Origin: Massalongia carnosa
Taxonomy: Eukaryota
Length of the DNA stretch: 64,000 bases
Assembly: GCA_965645245.1 (NCBI GenBank)
Contig: OZ287082.1
Span: forward strand, 682,001-746,000
Direction of reading: 5' to 3'
Of this stretch, positions 34,264-46,950 are shown piece after piece. Within the stretch, counting starts at the first letter, position 1. Every line of letters begins with the position of its first letter. The translations under genes were made by a program, and so were the position numbers. The notes beneath the pieces were generated by a model that ran no database searches, was not told the origin of the DNA, and was given only the letters and a program-made list of their open reading frames with translations.

Positions 34264-35370
34264 GAGAATACTACTGTTAGACGTTCCTGACATCGGAGAT
34301 GAGTAGACGCCGATAACCCGAATACACCAACGATTAGAAAAGGATCAGTCATTGTGAATCCCAAAAAGGGTTGAGTCGTCGGTGTAGAAGAAAAATTCGA
34401 AGTTGCTGAGAGAAGTGTGACTATGCCTCTTGCGAAAGCTTATCCCTCTTGAGTCGAGATAATCATTCGCATTTTGCGCCTCGTGCTATAGCGAGGTCAC
34501 CCATCATGTACATAAGCCTGGTCGTCAAAGAGGCGGCGAATCACGCCTCAAACAGCAACTTTTGAATGCATCGTGTTCTGTGAGCGGATAAAGCAATGAA
34601 TCCTGATGCCCTTCGAATGTAGCTTATCTTTTCTTATTCAGTCATCAATCCTCAGAAGAAAAATAAAGAAACCGCTTCCGCTAAACTGGCGGTTTGCTAT
34701 GTTGGCATGTTAAGCTATAGACTTTTATATCACATTTTTGGCGTCCGTTGCATTCTTTACTCCACTCTTTCAGCGCTGATGCTCGACGAATGTTAGTTCT
34801 TTTCATTTTCCACTCGATTTAATACTTGTCTGAAATGACAAGTCATGCTATTTTCATACGCGCATGCCTGCGCTCTAATGAGAATTGCGAAAATCGACAT
34901 CAGGTCGAAGACGAGTGATCGATGGTGCAATTAGGCCTGTTGAGACGGGGCATGACTTGCTGGTTCAGAGAAGCGGATATGGATCAGGCAATGACTGTTC
35001 AGGGAGTTGCTTGAGAGGGAGGTTAGGAATGAAAGGAGAGTGGCATGTCTGACTAGTAGACGCCAAAAAGGTGGCATAAAAGTCTTTGCCTCCATGTCGT
35101 TCAAGGCCACTCATTATCACAGCTCGAATCTCTGCTTACGAGTCAAGCGCTGTGCGAGGACCGAGTATATGATGATTTGAATAAAGTTTGTCTTGTGGTT
35201 CGGTGAGAAGTGTTGTGTTGTTGAGGCAATGGAGGCTCTTTTATGATTTGACGGTTCTCGTTAGCTAGCTGTAGCTGACAGCTCTTTCTATGCATCACTA
35301 TCTCTGCCTATATTCTGATAAAAAGAGCACATGTTTGCTTTTAAGAAAGCATGGTTGAATATGCATCATC

Positions 35371-35993
35371 ATGCCGTTCAACCCGCAAACGATCATCGCT
35401 CCTTTCACTGTCTCAACAGTGATCGCTGATAAATTCTCATCAAGTTCAAAGAACCTATCTTCATCTACTGATCAAGTCCTTGTCTCTGAATTCTTTCGCA
35501 GACTCGTCGGTGTGGTTAAAGCGTGTGTGAAATTTGAAGCAATCTATAGTGATGTTGAAGGCACGCAGATCGTCTGTCACGCATGAAACTTGAAGTATCA
35601 GCCAAGAATGTCGACACAGAGAAGCAGAAATGTAATTACGAGCGTCTAATGAACACCCACTAGACACGCTTGATGACTTGGACACGTCAGAAAGAGGCTC
35701 TGAAGACAGCGGAGGAAGAGCTGAAAGAAAAGCTGAAAGAGGAAAGGAAGAAAACAAAGGAGACTAACGAGAAGGGAAAAAAGCCGAAGAGACTGTTGAG
35801 GCAGAAAGAAGCAGAGTTGACCGACTTGAGAAGAGAATTGAAGAATAAGAAGAAGAAATCGTCAAATTTGAAGGAGGAACTGAAAACAACGCAAAGTGCA
35901 TCGATCACGCTCAACGTAAAACTAACGATGAATGTTTCTCCTGACCTTTTGACAGTACGTTCTTCCAGATCAAGGCAAGTTAGGAGGAGGTGA
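35371..35993 (+). pseudogene. Degenerate ORF with Lys/Glu-rich coiled coil
   Basis: Fragments 35371-35586 and 35670-35993; composition only, no family recognised. Confidence 0.25.
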
Positions 35994-36476
35994 TGAAGTT
36001 GAATAAAAGGATTATTTAGGAATCGACAGTCTAGTGATGAGATAATTGTTTGAGAGATATGATAGTTAGTGAGGATAAAATAATAGAATATTAACATTTC
36101 TATGAAGGCAGCGTAGAGATAGCACGAATGAGAATCAAGAGTGTGTGATCTTGAGTTGAGAGTGTATTTATGATATCATACACATGCAAGGATGATAAAT
36201 AGAAGATGAAGCTTCAACTTGCATAGTCACTTGCTCAGAATACGGAAGTTACAATGCGGTCCTTGAGAAGCGAACTAGCCTCTATTGCAATTTCATTGCG
36301 AGGCGTTGACGTGATTTCGTTTTCGTATCTGAAATGTGATCTTCCGCCTCATTTATTCGTCAAACGACCTAATCCTCGATAAGCAATTCAACGATCATTA
36401 CTCTAGGTTCATTCGACACATTTCACGTCACTCAACGCTGAAATAAACAGGTATGAGTCTCAATCGTATTACAAAA

Positions 36477-37800
36477 TCACGACGCCTTAGTAAATCTCCG
36501 TTTCATCATGTTCATGAGTCGGTCGAGTTTATCGTCTCGTTGTTTGAGTTGTTCTTTTAGCTCATCTATTGCTAGTCTGCTCTCTTCTCTTTCTTGCTCC
36601 CTCTTCTGATCAAGTTTATCGTTTTGATGTTTGACTTGTTCCTTCAGCTCATCTTTTTCCTGCTTCTGCTGAGCGAGTTGCTGTTTAAGCATGACAGCTA
36701 TTGTCAGTCTTGATCTTTTAATCTTCAGTGTCATAAAATGAAGAAGCGCTTGATATCGTTTCCTGTGAGTTAAGTGGCTCGGATTCTTTTTCGATGTAAT
36801 AGATGTGAACGATTCGTGAAGTGGGAAACTGAAGTTTATATCAGCGGGAATCTTGTCCATAGTCGAAAATATTCTTTTGAGATGGATCGACATTCAAAAG
36901 TCGTAGACATTCTTTGTGAACTTGTAGGCCGTTCAATTGACTCTTACGTCTTGTTTTGTGAAATCAAATTTACGAATAGGATGACGATAAAAGGTTGTAT
37001 CGCTTTCATTGATCAAAGCGTTCATTATCATGTGTGATCGAAAAAGCAAGGATCTCTCGATCAAGCTCTCTCTCACGTTTCACATACTTGAAGAGTTCGA
37101 CGATACCTCTTACCCCAATAGTCATACTATGAGCATTCTGTCGATCCGCGACTTTCAGCGTCACGGCACCACACTTGACTTCGCATGTTAAGATCAGAAA
37201 GTACATGTAATAGATAATCATGAAAAACGAAGTATCATAAAGATCATCAACGAAAAACTCGAGCTTTTTAAGTTGATCGTCTGTGAACGCAGATCGCCTG
37301 AACTCTACAAAACAGTCGGACTGTGAGCGAGTGATAGTGACAGAAATGAAATTGTTTCAGCCTTCATTAGTGCTTTCAATCAAGCACAAAAGATGATAGC
37401 ATCTTGTGTAGCTAGCATTTCTGCGAAGAGAACGATCAAGAGTGAAATATCTCGAATGACTCTGATCTCGTTTCTGCTTTCTATGTTTCGACAGGTTGAT
37501 TTAAAAATATCGTCACAAAATAACGAATCTCTAGGAACTGTCTGCTCTGTGGTAAGCAGGTTTTGATAGCCGCTTTTGCTTTTGTCCGTGATTCTCAAAT
37601 CAGACTCGTTCATGAAGCTATCTTTAGTTTCAAGCACAATTTTATAGCGCGGGTTTTTGTATGAATCACTCTTCTCCTTCCTTGACCTTTGATCGCTAGG
37701 TGTAACATCACTAGAGTCTGATTGTCTACGGCGAAGAGATGATGTAGACTTCTTCTTTGCAAGTAGATGGCTCATGTTGTTCTCTTGTTCGAACTAGAGC
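36477..37800 (-). pseudogene. Decayed conserved fungal hypothetical protein with a nuclease-like ExK motif (recalled as DUF7924-like, unverified)
   Basis: LTCEVKCG..ADRQNAHSMT..GIVELF..ILAFSITHD and YKFTKNVYD motifs across fragments; stops and frameshifts; 5' end lost at about 37800. Confidence 0.65.
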
Positions 37801-38499
37801 TTTCTGAATATTTTTTATTGCATTTATGAATAAATTGGGCACGAACAGGACTATAGGCCTGCCAGGACCTAGGTACAGGACTTCTGTTCATTTGTGCTGC
37901 CCATGTGGCAGGAGGAGCCTTTCTAGGAGCTAAGGGGGCGTTCCCTAGGTGGAGAGGCCGTAAGAGGCGCTCTCAGGCATGGGTATGGCCATTGCATGGT
38001 CTGGCTGGCCTTTCTGCCCAAAGAGTGCCTAAAGTTGTTGGTTTAGTATGGCTTGTGTTAGGGGTTTGATTGACCGGAGACCATGTGGGACGTAGAATAA
38101 GGCTCTTCTCGATGTACTCTTGGTACTGCCAATGGAATGCCCTTTTGAAAGCTGAGGTTCAAGTTGAATATGATTTCTGACTTAGTATTAAAATGTAGCC
38201 TAAATGCATTGAATATCCAAAGGCCTAGTCTTTGTATGCTTTCATCGAGTTATCTGTGATCCGCGGCGTGCTGTGCCGCGCCTTTTCTGAAGCTGTGACC
38301 TGAATACGCCGTTTCTAATAGACCCATGTGGGCTATACGCTTTTCGGAATTGACATGACGTTTTGACGAGAAAATACGTTGTCAGATAGTCTGAACAAGG
38401 ATGTATTTGATGATTTGAGGTCTAGAGACAGTAGCTTCTAAGTGCTGTGACTGGGCAAGTTTCCTCATTCGTGGCAGCAATTGCTACATTTTAGACGAA

Positions 38500-40450
38500 G
38501 GGTTGCAATCTGATATGCCCTGAGAAGGATAAATCGGATCTAATGACGTGTGTCTGACTGAATGAGGTCTTGAAATTTCTGCATCTAAGTAGATTATTTC
38601 TTCGAATCTCATAAAGCCGACTTAGGCCACCTTGAAAGCTGTGTTGATATTGAGATCATTCACTGTTATAGGACTCTCCTTTGTGATTTTTTCCAGAATG
38701 TCTTTCGTGAGTCGTAGGCGATTTCTTTTGCTGGGAAAAAGCCTAGCCTAGCTGCCTGAGAGCAGAAAGATAAAAAGCCTTCGAGTGACTGAATGTCTCA
38801 AAATTTGACGAAGGCTTCTGCTAGAATTTTTGCGATAGTCGTCTTGACCCTCTTCAGCTTTTCGCGTGATAATCTAGATATAAGGTCTGAAATCTTCACC
38901 TCGATTCCGAATATCGAAATGCTGTGCCTTGACCGTCTTTTGACTCGTTATGAAAGATGCCTAGAAGATTCGTGAGCGATATGTATGCCTCATTGTTGTG
39001 TTTCATTCTTGATGAGGTGGCTTCGTGTTTCGAGAAAATTGCAATGAAATCGTCTAGGTAGTGGCGCAGATTCTGTTCAAGAAATGACTTCAGCAGTCAG
39101 TAAAGGCCTTCGCCAACTAAATTGAATATGAATGAAGCTGTGGCCAGGTCGAAGAAAAGGCACGTTTCTTGATAGTACTTGCCCTTTCACTCGAAACTGA
39201 GTAGCCAGCGATGCTGTGATGAGACCGAGACGTTTCGAAACGCATCTTGAAATGTCGCGTATCTAAGCTCCCCCGCTTCGTCAGGGATGTGATCATTTAT
39301 TGATTGATCAGAAGGATAAGATAATGATGAACGCGGTGCCAGTAGTCATCGTGTTAGGTATCAAACCCATTTGCGATAAAATGAATGAAGGCGCTAGTTC
39401 TACCTCGATCATCCTTCCGCGGGTAAGATCTTTCATCAACTTCTTATCGATTATGTCTGAGCATTACGCTACAGATGCGAAATTTTTGAAAAATGAATTC
39501 GTTTTGAGGGTCCTTTTATCCCAGCTTAACTTCAAATAGCAGTGTCATTGACAGATTTATTCGCAATGAATGATTGCGAAGTAATTCCGACCATGCTGCA
39601 GGAATCAGTGATGAAGATGTGTTTGCTAGCGGTGATTGAAAAGTGTCTACGAGACGGAATTTGACAATGATATATTGTGTCTTTGCAGACGCAGAAATGC
39701 GTAAGAAGAAGAAAACATATTCCTGCTCAAGCCGTTATGACTTCTTCTTGCAATTCACTACCTCGTGGTCCTTAGAGCCATAACCCTCGCATATATGAGC
39801 CCGTTTGCACAGAGGGCTGATTCGCGACGATACGAGTGCGAATCTCGATTGTCATTGAGAGCAACGCCTCTCATCACTGATACACCTTGAAAAGATGCAA
39901 GATGATGATATAGAAATGTGTAAGAAAGGCATGCAATGTTGATGCCTCTAGACCGAAGGATATCAGAATGACAATGTAATGAATGAAGGCCTCCTTCCAT
40001 ACGTCGTGTACGATCTTTCCGAAATCCTTGTACGACTCAATCGTTCTTTGTAACCTGAGCATGCCGTCTTCTTTGTCGATTCGCTCGTTGTCTTGCATGA
40101 TCTCATATCGAATGCCTCGCATGTGGCGAGACGATAGAGGTTGATCGATTTGAACTTATTGTGAAAGATACGAACGATTTCTTCCTAAGTTAGGTCGGCA
40201 AAGCAAAGATTAATTGTTCTCACTTCGCGAGGAATCTCATCTGTGATGTCGTCGTCATCTTCGTTGATTTGAAACCTTCCCGCCGGCCCTGTAGCGGAAG
40301 CTGAGATCGTGACGGCGAAGGCGAGGACGATGCGTGCTGCTGATTCTAATTCCATGCATTTCAACTTCATTGCCGCTTTCGTGGCAGCGGCATTCCTTTC
40401 TTCTTCTGCTTTCTGTCGTGCAATCTCAATAGCTGCTCAGAATGCTCCTG
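38500..40450 (-). mobile_element. Ngaro/DIRS-type tyrosine-recombinase retrotransposon relic
   Basis: gag-like 39874-40122; RT relic ETCLFFDLATASFIFN..RHYLDDFI (about 39040-39170); YR relic KRNRLRLTKDILEKIT..NINTAFKVA*VGFMRFEEIIY (about 38590-38730); boundaries approximate. Confidence 0.75.
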
Positions 40451-41080
40451 GATATCTCAGATAAAACCTGTCCATCGAAAGTAGTGACTTGGCTACGAGG
40501 GGCCATTGTGTAAATTTAGTTGACGATGTGTCGAGAATAATGTGAATGAATGTACGGGTTTTACGACCAAAAGCGAGGAAGCAGGCTAGAAGAGCTGACT
40601 AGTAAAGGCACTGGATGCTGTAGATGTGCAAATGATGAACGAGATGAAGAATGGATGATGCAGGATGGATGCAAAGGCCTATCAGTTCAGAAGAATGATG
40701 ATGAGAAACTGAAAGAAGAGGAGAGCACAATGTGTGCGTTTTGTTCTTCGTCGCTTATTTCTTAGTCATCCCCCATGTGATAGTAGGCCATTCTCACGTG
40801 CATAGAACCCATCTATCTTTATGAAGGCATGCTTTCAAAATTAAACTCGAGAAAGGTAAGATGACCAGATACATGTCCCAAGCAGATAAAGTTCCCGTAA
40901 CTAGCTGAACACATCGGTCGATAGTCGGATGCAAGCCAAAGAAAACGTTGTTCTTTAAAAGCTATCCATTGATCTTCAACAAACACAGAACATAGCTCTT
41001 TTTTCTGACGGAAAGGAGCACTATGAAGAGATAAAGGAATGGAGATTTGCCCTCTATCAGTCTTTAGATGTGAACCATCT

Positions 41081-41399
41081 GGCGAGAAGGCTACAGCCCT
41101 GATCCAGCCCGAGTGACCCTCGAGCGTGCTGCGGCAAGACCCTGTACCTGCGTCCCAGAGCCGGATCGTCTTGTCGTCCGAGGCAGACGCTATCAGCTGG
41201 CCGTCCGGCGAGAAGGCTACAGCGTTGACCCAGTCCGAGTGACCCTCGAGCGTGCTGCGGCAAGACCCTGTACCTGCGTCCCAGAGCCGGATCGTCTTGT
41301 CGTCCGAGGCAGACGCTATCAGCTGGCCGTCCGGCGAGAAGGCTACAGCGTTGACCCAGTCCGAGTGACCCTCGAGCGTGCTGCGGCAAGACCCTGTAC
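41081..41399. repeat. 126-bp tandem repeat, about 2.5 copies
   Basis: GGCGAGAAGGCTACAGC at 41081, 41207, 41333; copies identical from 41109 onward. Confidence 0.95.
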
Positions 41400-42295
41400 A
41401 GCAAGAATGTATGGCCTAGATGGCTTGGAACTATTAGTAAAGAGTAATATTGAGAGTTTTGAAGAGGAGATATCAATATTTTGTTTGCTAGACATTGCAG
41501 AAGAAGCTTATCAGAAGCTTTCCGATGACGAAATATGGTTCACGGATTATCTCACAAAGGAGTTGAAGGCTGCGTTCAAGACGAAGGAGACTCTATTTTC
41601 AAGACAATGTTTCTTGAATCGCATTGGGAAGGTTAAAATCTTGATAAAGCTTTGGTGAAAAGCATAGTGAAGATATACACGAACAAGACTGCAAGCACGG
41701 CCAACAAAGAGGAAAGTAGGTTTGAAGAAGCTACCTGCGGAGCTCCCTGCGAAGAAATACCTCCGCCTGTCTGTTCTGTCGAGCCTATCTGCTGCGAAGA
41801 GACTACCCCGCCCACCCACTACGACAAGCCTACCAGCTACGAAGAAGTTTCATACAGAGCGGTTCTCTGTGGGGAAGCTTCCCGTGAAGAAGTTGCTGAA
41901 GTGGTCATGAAAGATAAAACTTTTCTAGTAAAAGGGGAGCCATTTCTGCTCGAAAAGCCTACAGAGGATACATACGTAAGGACTAAGAAAGGGAGGAAAG
42001 AGAAGAGTAAGAACAGCAAGGCGAAACGCTTTCAGGACGCCGCTGAATCTGTCCCCGAGCCTGCTGTCCGGCCTAAATAGAGCACAAGCTTACTCTCGAA
42101 CCTGAGCCAACGCTTAAGCCAGACATTGAGGAGAATAGTGTATGCATCTTCCGAGCTAAGCACCTGCTAGAAGGATATCTATGGAAGAACTGCAAGAAGT
42201 GCTGGGCTGTCATACGCCAAGTATCCCTTCAACTTGCGCGCGAGAGAAGTGCTGACGAGGTGGAATATGAGATTGTCGACAGGATTTTGGTGAGC
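41400..42295 (+). pseudogene. Fragment of a fungal hypothetical protein (helical region resembling that downstream of BTB domains)
   Basis: [42 protein letters not shown]; frameshift near 41650; N-terminus missing. Confidence 0.4.
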
Positions 42296-43074
42296 TAGAA
42301 AGGGTGAAGTTACCTAGGTATCAAACGTGTTTGAAGGCTAAAGCCGATGACTTAACAATCAATAATTCTTTACGAGCAGTTTAGAAAACATATATTGATC
42401 ATTGTTCATGATTTGACCGAGGACCGAATAGATCGGGCGGGGAGGTGGAAGGAAACTGTTTACGTGCAACCGCGGAGATTCTTTGAGATCAACACGTCCT
42501 CTTCTCACTCGATCATGCATGGCATCGACAGCAAGCAGACGACCATAGGGGTTCATCACCTCCCGGAAAACCCCAGAATGTCAACAAGCTATCGAATAAG
42601 CCAAAATAATGAATGGGCTAATACCTAAGCAGGATTTGACAAATCGAAAGGTCATATCGTGACTGGGATCACAGTCACTTAGCAAGGAGAGTATGTAATG
42701 AATCATTCCCCTTTCGTAGCGCCCAGGGAATCTCCCAATCTAGAAAGTTTAGCTCTGCCCGAAGCAGCCTCTACCCCGAGACAGCTCCGGGCGGAATCCA
42801 ACAATCCTTTTGATTCTAGCAAGGCTTACTAATAACGCCCCGACGTATAACGGAAGGAAGAGGCGTTTTATTATCCTAAAGCTTGTTGACTGTCGAACTT
42901 ACTATTCAAAGACAGCCCGTGCGGCAGAAATTTTCGACTTCTTCTTGTCCTTTCTGAACTTTTCAAATCGCTTGCAGAGTCGTTAAACTCGGAATCAGAT
43001 TGATTTGCATCATCATCTGCACCTACCCAGGATATAAGTAACTACTGAAACAGGCAAGGGCCTGCCTTACCAAG

Positions 43075-43615
43075 GTGTCTGACGCCGATGAAGCGCTTAC
43101 AGGTATCAGAGCCTTTGGTTAGGACGTCAAGCTGCTTGGTCAGTTATCAACGCTGGGCACGGTTCTCCTCGGATTCACCAGCCATGCTCGTCACGAGCTC
43201 GGCTGACATAGCAGAGACAGCTACGGGAGTGAAGATACCGCCGAGCGGGAAGATGAGTTTAGCATCGATTACTTCGATGGCGATGTCGTCGATGAAGCGT
43301 TTCAAAGGAACCTATAATCACACGATGGGGTTATTAAGGGAGATAATGGAAGTAGGGGCAGGATAGAAAAGAGGGTCGACCTTGTAATGAGCCTCCATAC
43401 AATCTAAAGCTTCGGAACAGGCGAAGCGATTCATGTCTGGTTCTGTACGTTGCACCAAAGCAGCAACGAGTTGATGGTTGCGACCACAATAATGTGATGC
43501 TTCAAGGGAAGTAACGCCAAAGAATTGTTTTATGATCTTGAAGTATTCATTCTGGTTGCGTTCGTTACGAAGCTTTTGGAGAGTTTCCGTGAAATAATGG
43601 TTGTACTTAAACAGT
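43075..43615 (-). pseudogene. Dynamin/Mx-like GTPase C-terminal stalk/GED fragment
   Basis: YNHYFTETLQK..ACSEALDCMEAHYK, intron 43312-43380, VPLKRFIDDIAIEVI..AGESEENRAQR then TGA TAA; no GTPase domain. Confidence 0.8.
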
Positions 43616-44002
43616 AGTAGAAGAACCGCCGAAGTCTTGGCGCGAATAAGTCGAGCACAAAACATCATGCATCAATTACGTGAACAGCATTACTCGTGGT
43701 GCTAAAAAAAACCCCCACTCACGAAAACTTGGCACCACCACAAATTTGTATGCCTACGAGCTCAACACATGGCAGCAAACAACTAGACAGTGAAATTTGT
43801 CAAATTAAAGCTATTCAGAACTGTCTAATCGCCTGTGATTTGACCATCTTATCCTGTTTGAATCTGCTGCGACTAGTGATGTTGGTAACTTGCCGTGGAC
43901 GATAGACTCTGGCTAGAGGCAATCAGCGCAGTAGGTGCTCTTAAAAATAAAATCACCGTATCCACGAAAAGTATCTATAACGCTAACATAATTAAATAGG
44001 AG

Positions 44003-44245
44003 ATGACATTAATGTCTATGCCTACCGAGCTTATGATGTCGATTATTTTCTACATTGACCCGTGTGATATCTCAAATTTCGCATCCACTTGCAAGTTTAT
44101 TTATGAACATTCTATATCACGTCTACAAGAGCAGCAATCTATGAAACCTTATCACAAAATCGAGCTAGAAATAAAGAAAGAGCAAGACAGTATAAAGACT
44201 TTGCTCGAGATCTCGAAGGTGATACAGAAGTCAGTTCAGCTTTAA
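44003..44245 (+). pseudogene. F-box-like fragment
   Basis: LMSMPTELMMSIIFYIDPCDISNFASTCK fits the F-box pattern; ORF ends after 80 aa. Confidence 0.55.
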
Positions 44246-45203
44246 ATTTCATTGAGGGCGCAATTGGGCGGCATCAGAATTAAAAGTACTTAGAAACTAG
44301 GTTACGAGCAGCTAACCGCGGTGGTTAGTGAAGGGGAAAGCTTCGAAACAATGTACCAAATCGCAGTAGACTAAAGTTGTTGAGACGTCTCAATAAAGTG
44401 GCACCTCGTCGAACTATTAAAACGTCTCGATTAACTAAAAGTCGCGAGACTAAAAGTCGCGGAGAAGAATGACACCACTCGATTTGTATATGGAATAACC
44501 TTATTCCTGGACCCCTGTTTGGTGCTTAACGTATTGTCGGCGATGATTGTAGTGGTGTTGATCGTCGTCGTGTACTGGCTTTCGCACTCTATTCCGCGGT
44601 TTCCGTCGGACTGTTTGTGTCCGATCGTCTTCTATCAATGCCATGTAGTAAATCAATGAAAGTATGTAATTGACGACGGACTAACATCCTCAAAGAACAT
44701 TGTGGTCCTGTTTAATACTAATACCTAGTCTCGTCTTTTTCTGACTCATTTCCTGATCAAGAATCTTCAAACCAACTATTAGTTAGTATGTACGGAATGA
44801 CCTATGTTATGTTGCATCATGATCAACACTTATTATAAGCGCTGCTTAGTCTAGTGAACTTTAATGTCTCCCTTCAGATTTTCTCCCCTGAATACCCCAC
44901 CCCAATTCCGCCCCCTCAAATGACTCTAGGGCCCGACCGAACCACGACTTCACCACGGGTAGAGGTATGCATGCAATGTTTCCCAGTAGACCAAGCAAGT
45001 CATTCCAACAAGTTCGGCTGTTGATCGAATTGCAGATAGGCTTGACTCTATCCGGGAACTGTGCCATTGCTATGTTATGGGTTATTGGAAACAAGGCTCT
45101 TGCCTTCCAATAGCTACCCTGGCTTCTGTGAACGATCTCTGGCAAAGGTCTTGGGATGTCAACAACATAGTCCAGAAGCTGTAACAGTGCGTTAGAGGCA
45201 CTA

Positions 45204-45493
45204 TGTCATGGAGTGACTGGGCACCTGCCAGAGCTAAGCTTAATCCGGATCAGTTAGGGCAACGGTAGGTGTTCCGGCCGTCAATAATGTCATGGCGATA
45301 GTGCCATGTCAGGGACTTGGGGGAAATTGGATCAACAGCTGGATTGGGACTAGTTCAGTTCGCCAGAGTCTTATACTCGCCCACGTTTGATTTTCTGATT
45401 CATTTCTCCTTGTCGAACGTCTTGTCCAATTAGCTAGACATCAAGTAATACGTTTGCACCACCTGAATTCCTATCTGACCTCGCACCGTGACA
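45204..45493 (+). mobile_element. Solo LTR of the Gypsy-1 family, 290 bp
   Basis: Reverse complement of the Gypsy-1 LTR with an internal deletion; TSD CACTA. Confidence 0.93.
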
Positions 45494-46329
45494 CACTAGA
45501 CTGAACCCCACTTGCTAATTTCCAAATGAATGTCCAAAGCATGGTAACTAAGAAAGAACGGCTGTCTTCAATGGCAAAGTGTCCATTGAGAAAGCAATCC
45601 AGATCCTTTAAGCTTTCCCTTGGAGTTGAGTCTGTTGGCTGAAATCCCTGCCTGATAGTAGAAATCAACAGCAATGCAGCCAAGTTCAATACAAGCTCAT
45701 GAAATAGTAAAGGACCTTGAAGACATGCGAGCAGCTGACGGTACATATTCAAACTTTCTTCTGATTTGACCCAGTGGTGTAGCATCCTGGTAGTCCTTTC
45801 GCCAGTACACGTACAGCATAGTACAAAATCAGGGATCCATGATTCTCCGCGTTTCGAAAACTTGGGAATTGTTATCGATAGAACGCTCTATTTTAGTTTA
45901 GGGTCGACTCGTCAATTCAAGTCCTTTCAATTACTTACATAGTAACGTGGACTGTACTGCTATCCTCGAAACCCAGGTGCTGCAAGATTTTATGCAAGGA
46001 TGGCGAGAGCTCCTACTTAGGTTAGTGCTTGTCAGATACAGAGACTCTCGATCTGCTCACCAGGTTTTTTGGTGGATAATCGATTGGCAAATGTAGACTC
46101 AGCTTTGCCCTCCATTCCTGCATTGACTTAGGGCCTATGATACTAGATTCCTTGAAAAGCTTAGACAACAAGATATCTCGGCCGACTTTTGTCCAATCGA
46201 GCGTTCCGAAAGGGTTCAAGTGATTGGTAGGAACCCGAAAAGCTTAACAAATCAGGTCGAGGTTTTGCAATTGCAAGAATTCAGTAGATATCTGGCTGCG
46301 ACCTATGAATCGAGATATGGATCGGTTAT

Positions 46330-46950
46330 CGGAAAGGCCAAGTAGCATGGAAAGCAGTAACCTCATTTGCCGGACCAACTCCTCCTTTTAATTGCATTGC
46401 CCCACTTCCCTGAATCTTGAAGTTGGAGGGAGTCGGGGTTGTTGAGGCTAGTTCCTATTTCCATCAATCGAACCATTACAAGACCTATACTTCGAATATC
46501 TTGCTGTTGTCCTTTTGAGCTTGTAATATTTATTAACATACTTTGCCCGATGTTCGCTGCTGTTTTTTAGCAATATCCGTTTATGACTGGGATGAGTACC
46601 TACCTAACTTGACGTGGCCACTTCTGGATAACATGATATTGTCGGTATTTATGGCTCAGTGCGCAACTTAAGCCGGTCATGAATTTACCGTACACCTTGA
46701 AGGACCTACTCAACGTTGTAAGATCAATTTGTGAGAAACGCATTTTTCTCATTCCTCCTTACGGACGGCTGAATTCTGAAAAGATGCGAGCTTGCCACAT
46801 GGGGTAGATTGAAATTCTGCTAGAGACATATCCATATAAGAGATATAGTATATTGTCGTCCAAGAAGGCGTTGCACACTGCAACGACATTGTCGTGTGAA
46901 CATTTTTTCGTGGCGAATGATATGAACTAGTATATTTGCTCCTCTTCTTT
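46330..46950 (-). pseudogene. Degenerate protein kinase-like gene
   Basis: INTDNIMLSRSGHVKL, short intron, ANIGQSML..DIRSIGLVMVRLME; resembles subdomains VIb, VII and IX; boundaries approximate. Confidence 0.55.

Noticed and set aside
38590..38730. Starship captain or Crypton recombinase
   Set aside because: The YR motif is colinear with gag and RT relics, so a DIRS/Ngaro origin is simpler
45199..45498. CACTA transposon
   Set aside because: CACTA occurs as a direct 5-bp TSD around a Gypsy solo LTR, not as inverted termini
44861..46220. Possible degenerate gene split by the 45204 solo LTR
   Set aside because: Coding-like, but no recognisable motif or reliable frame
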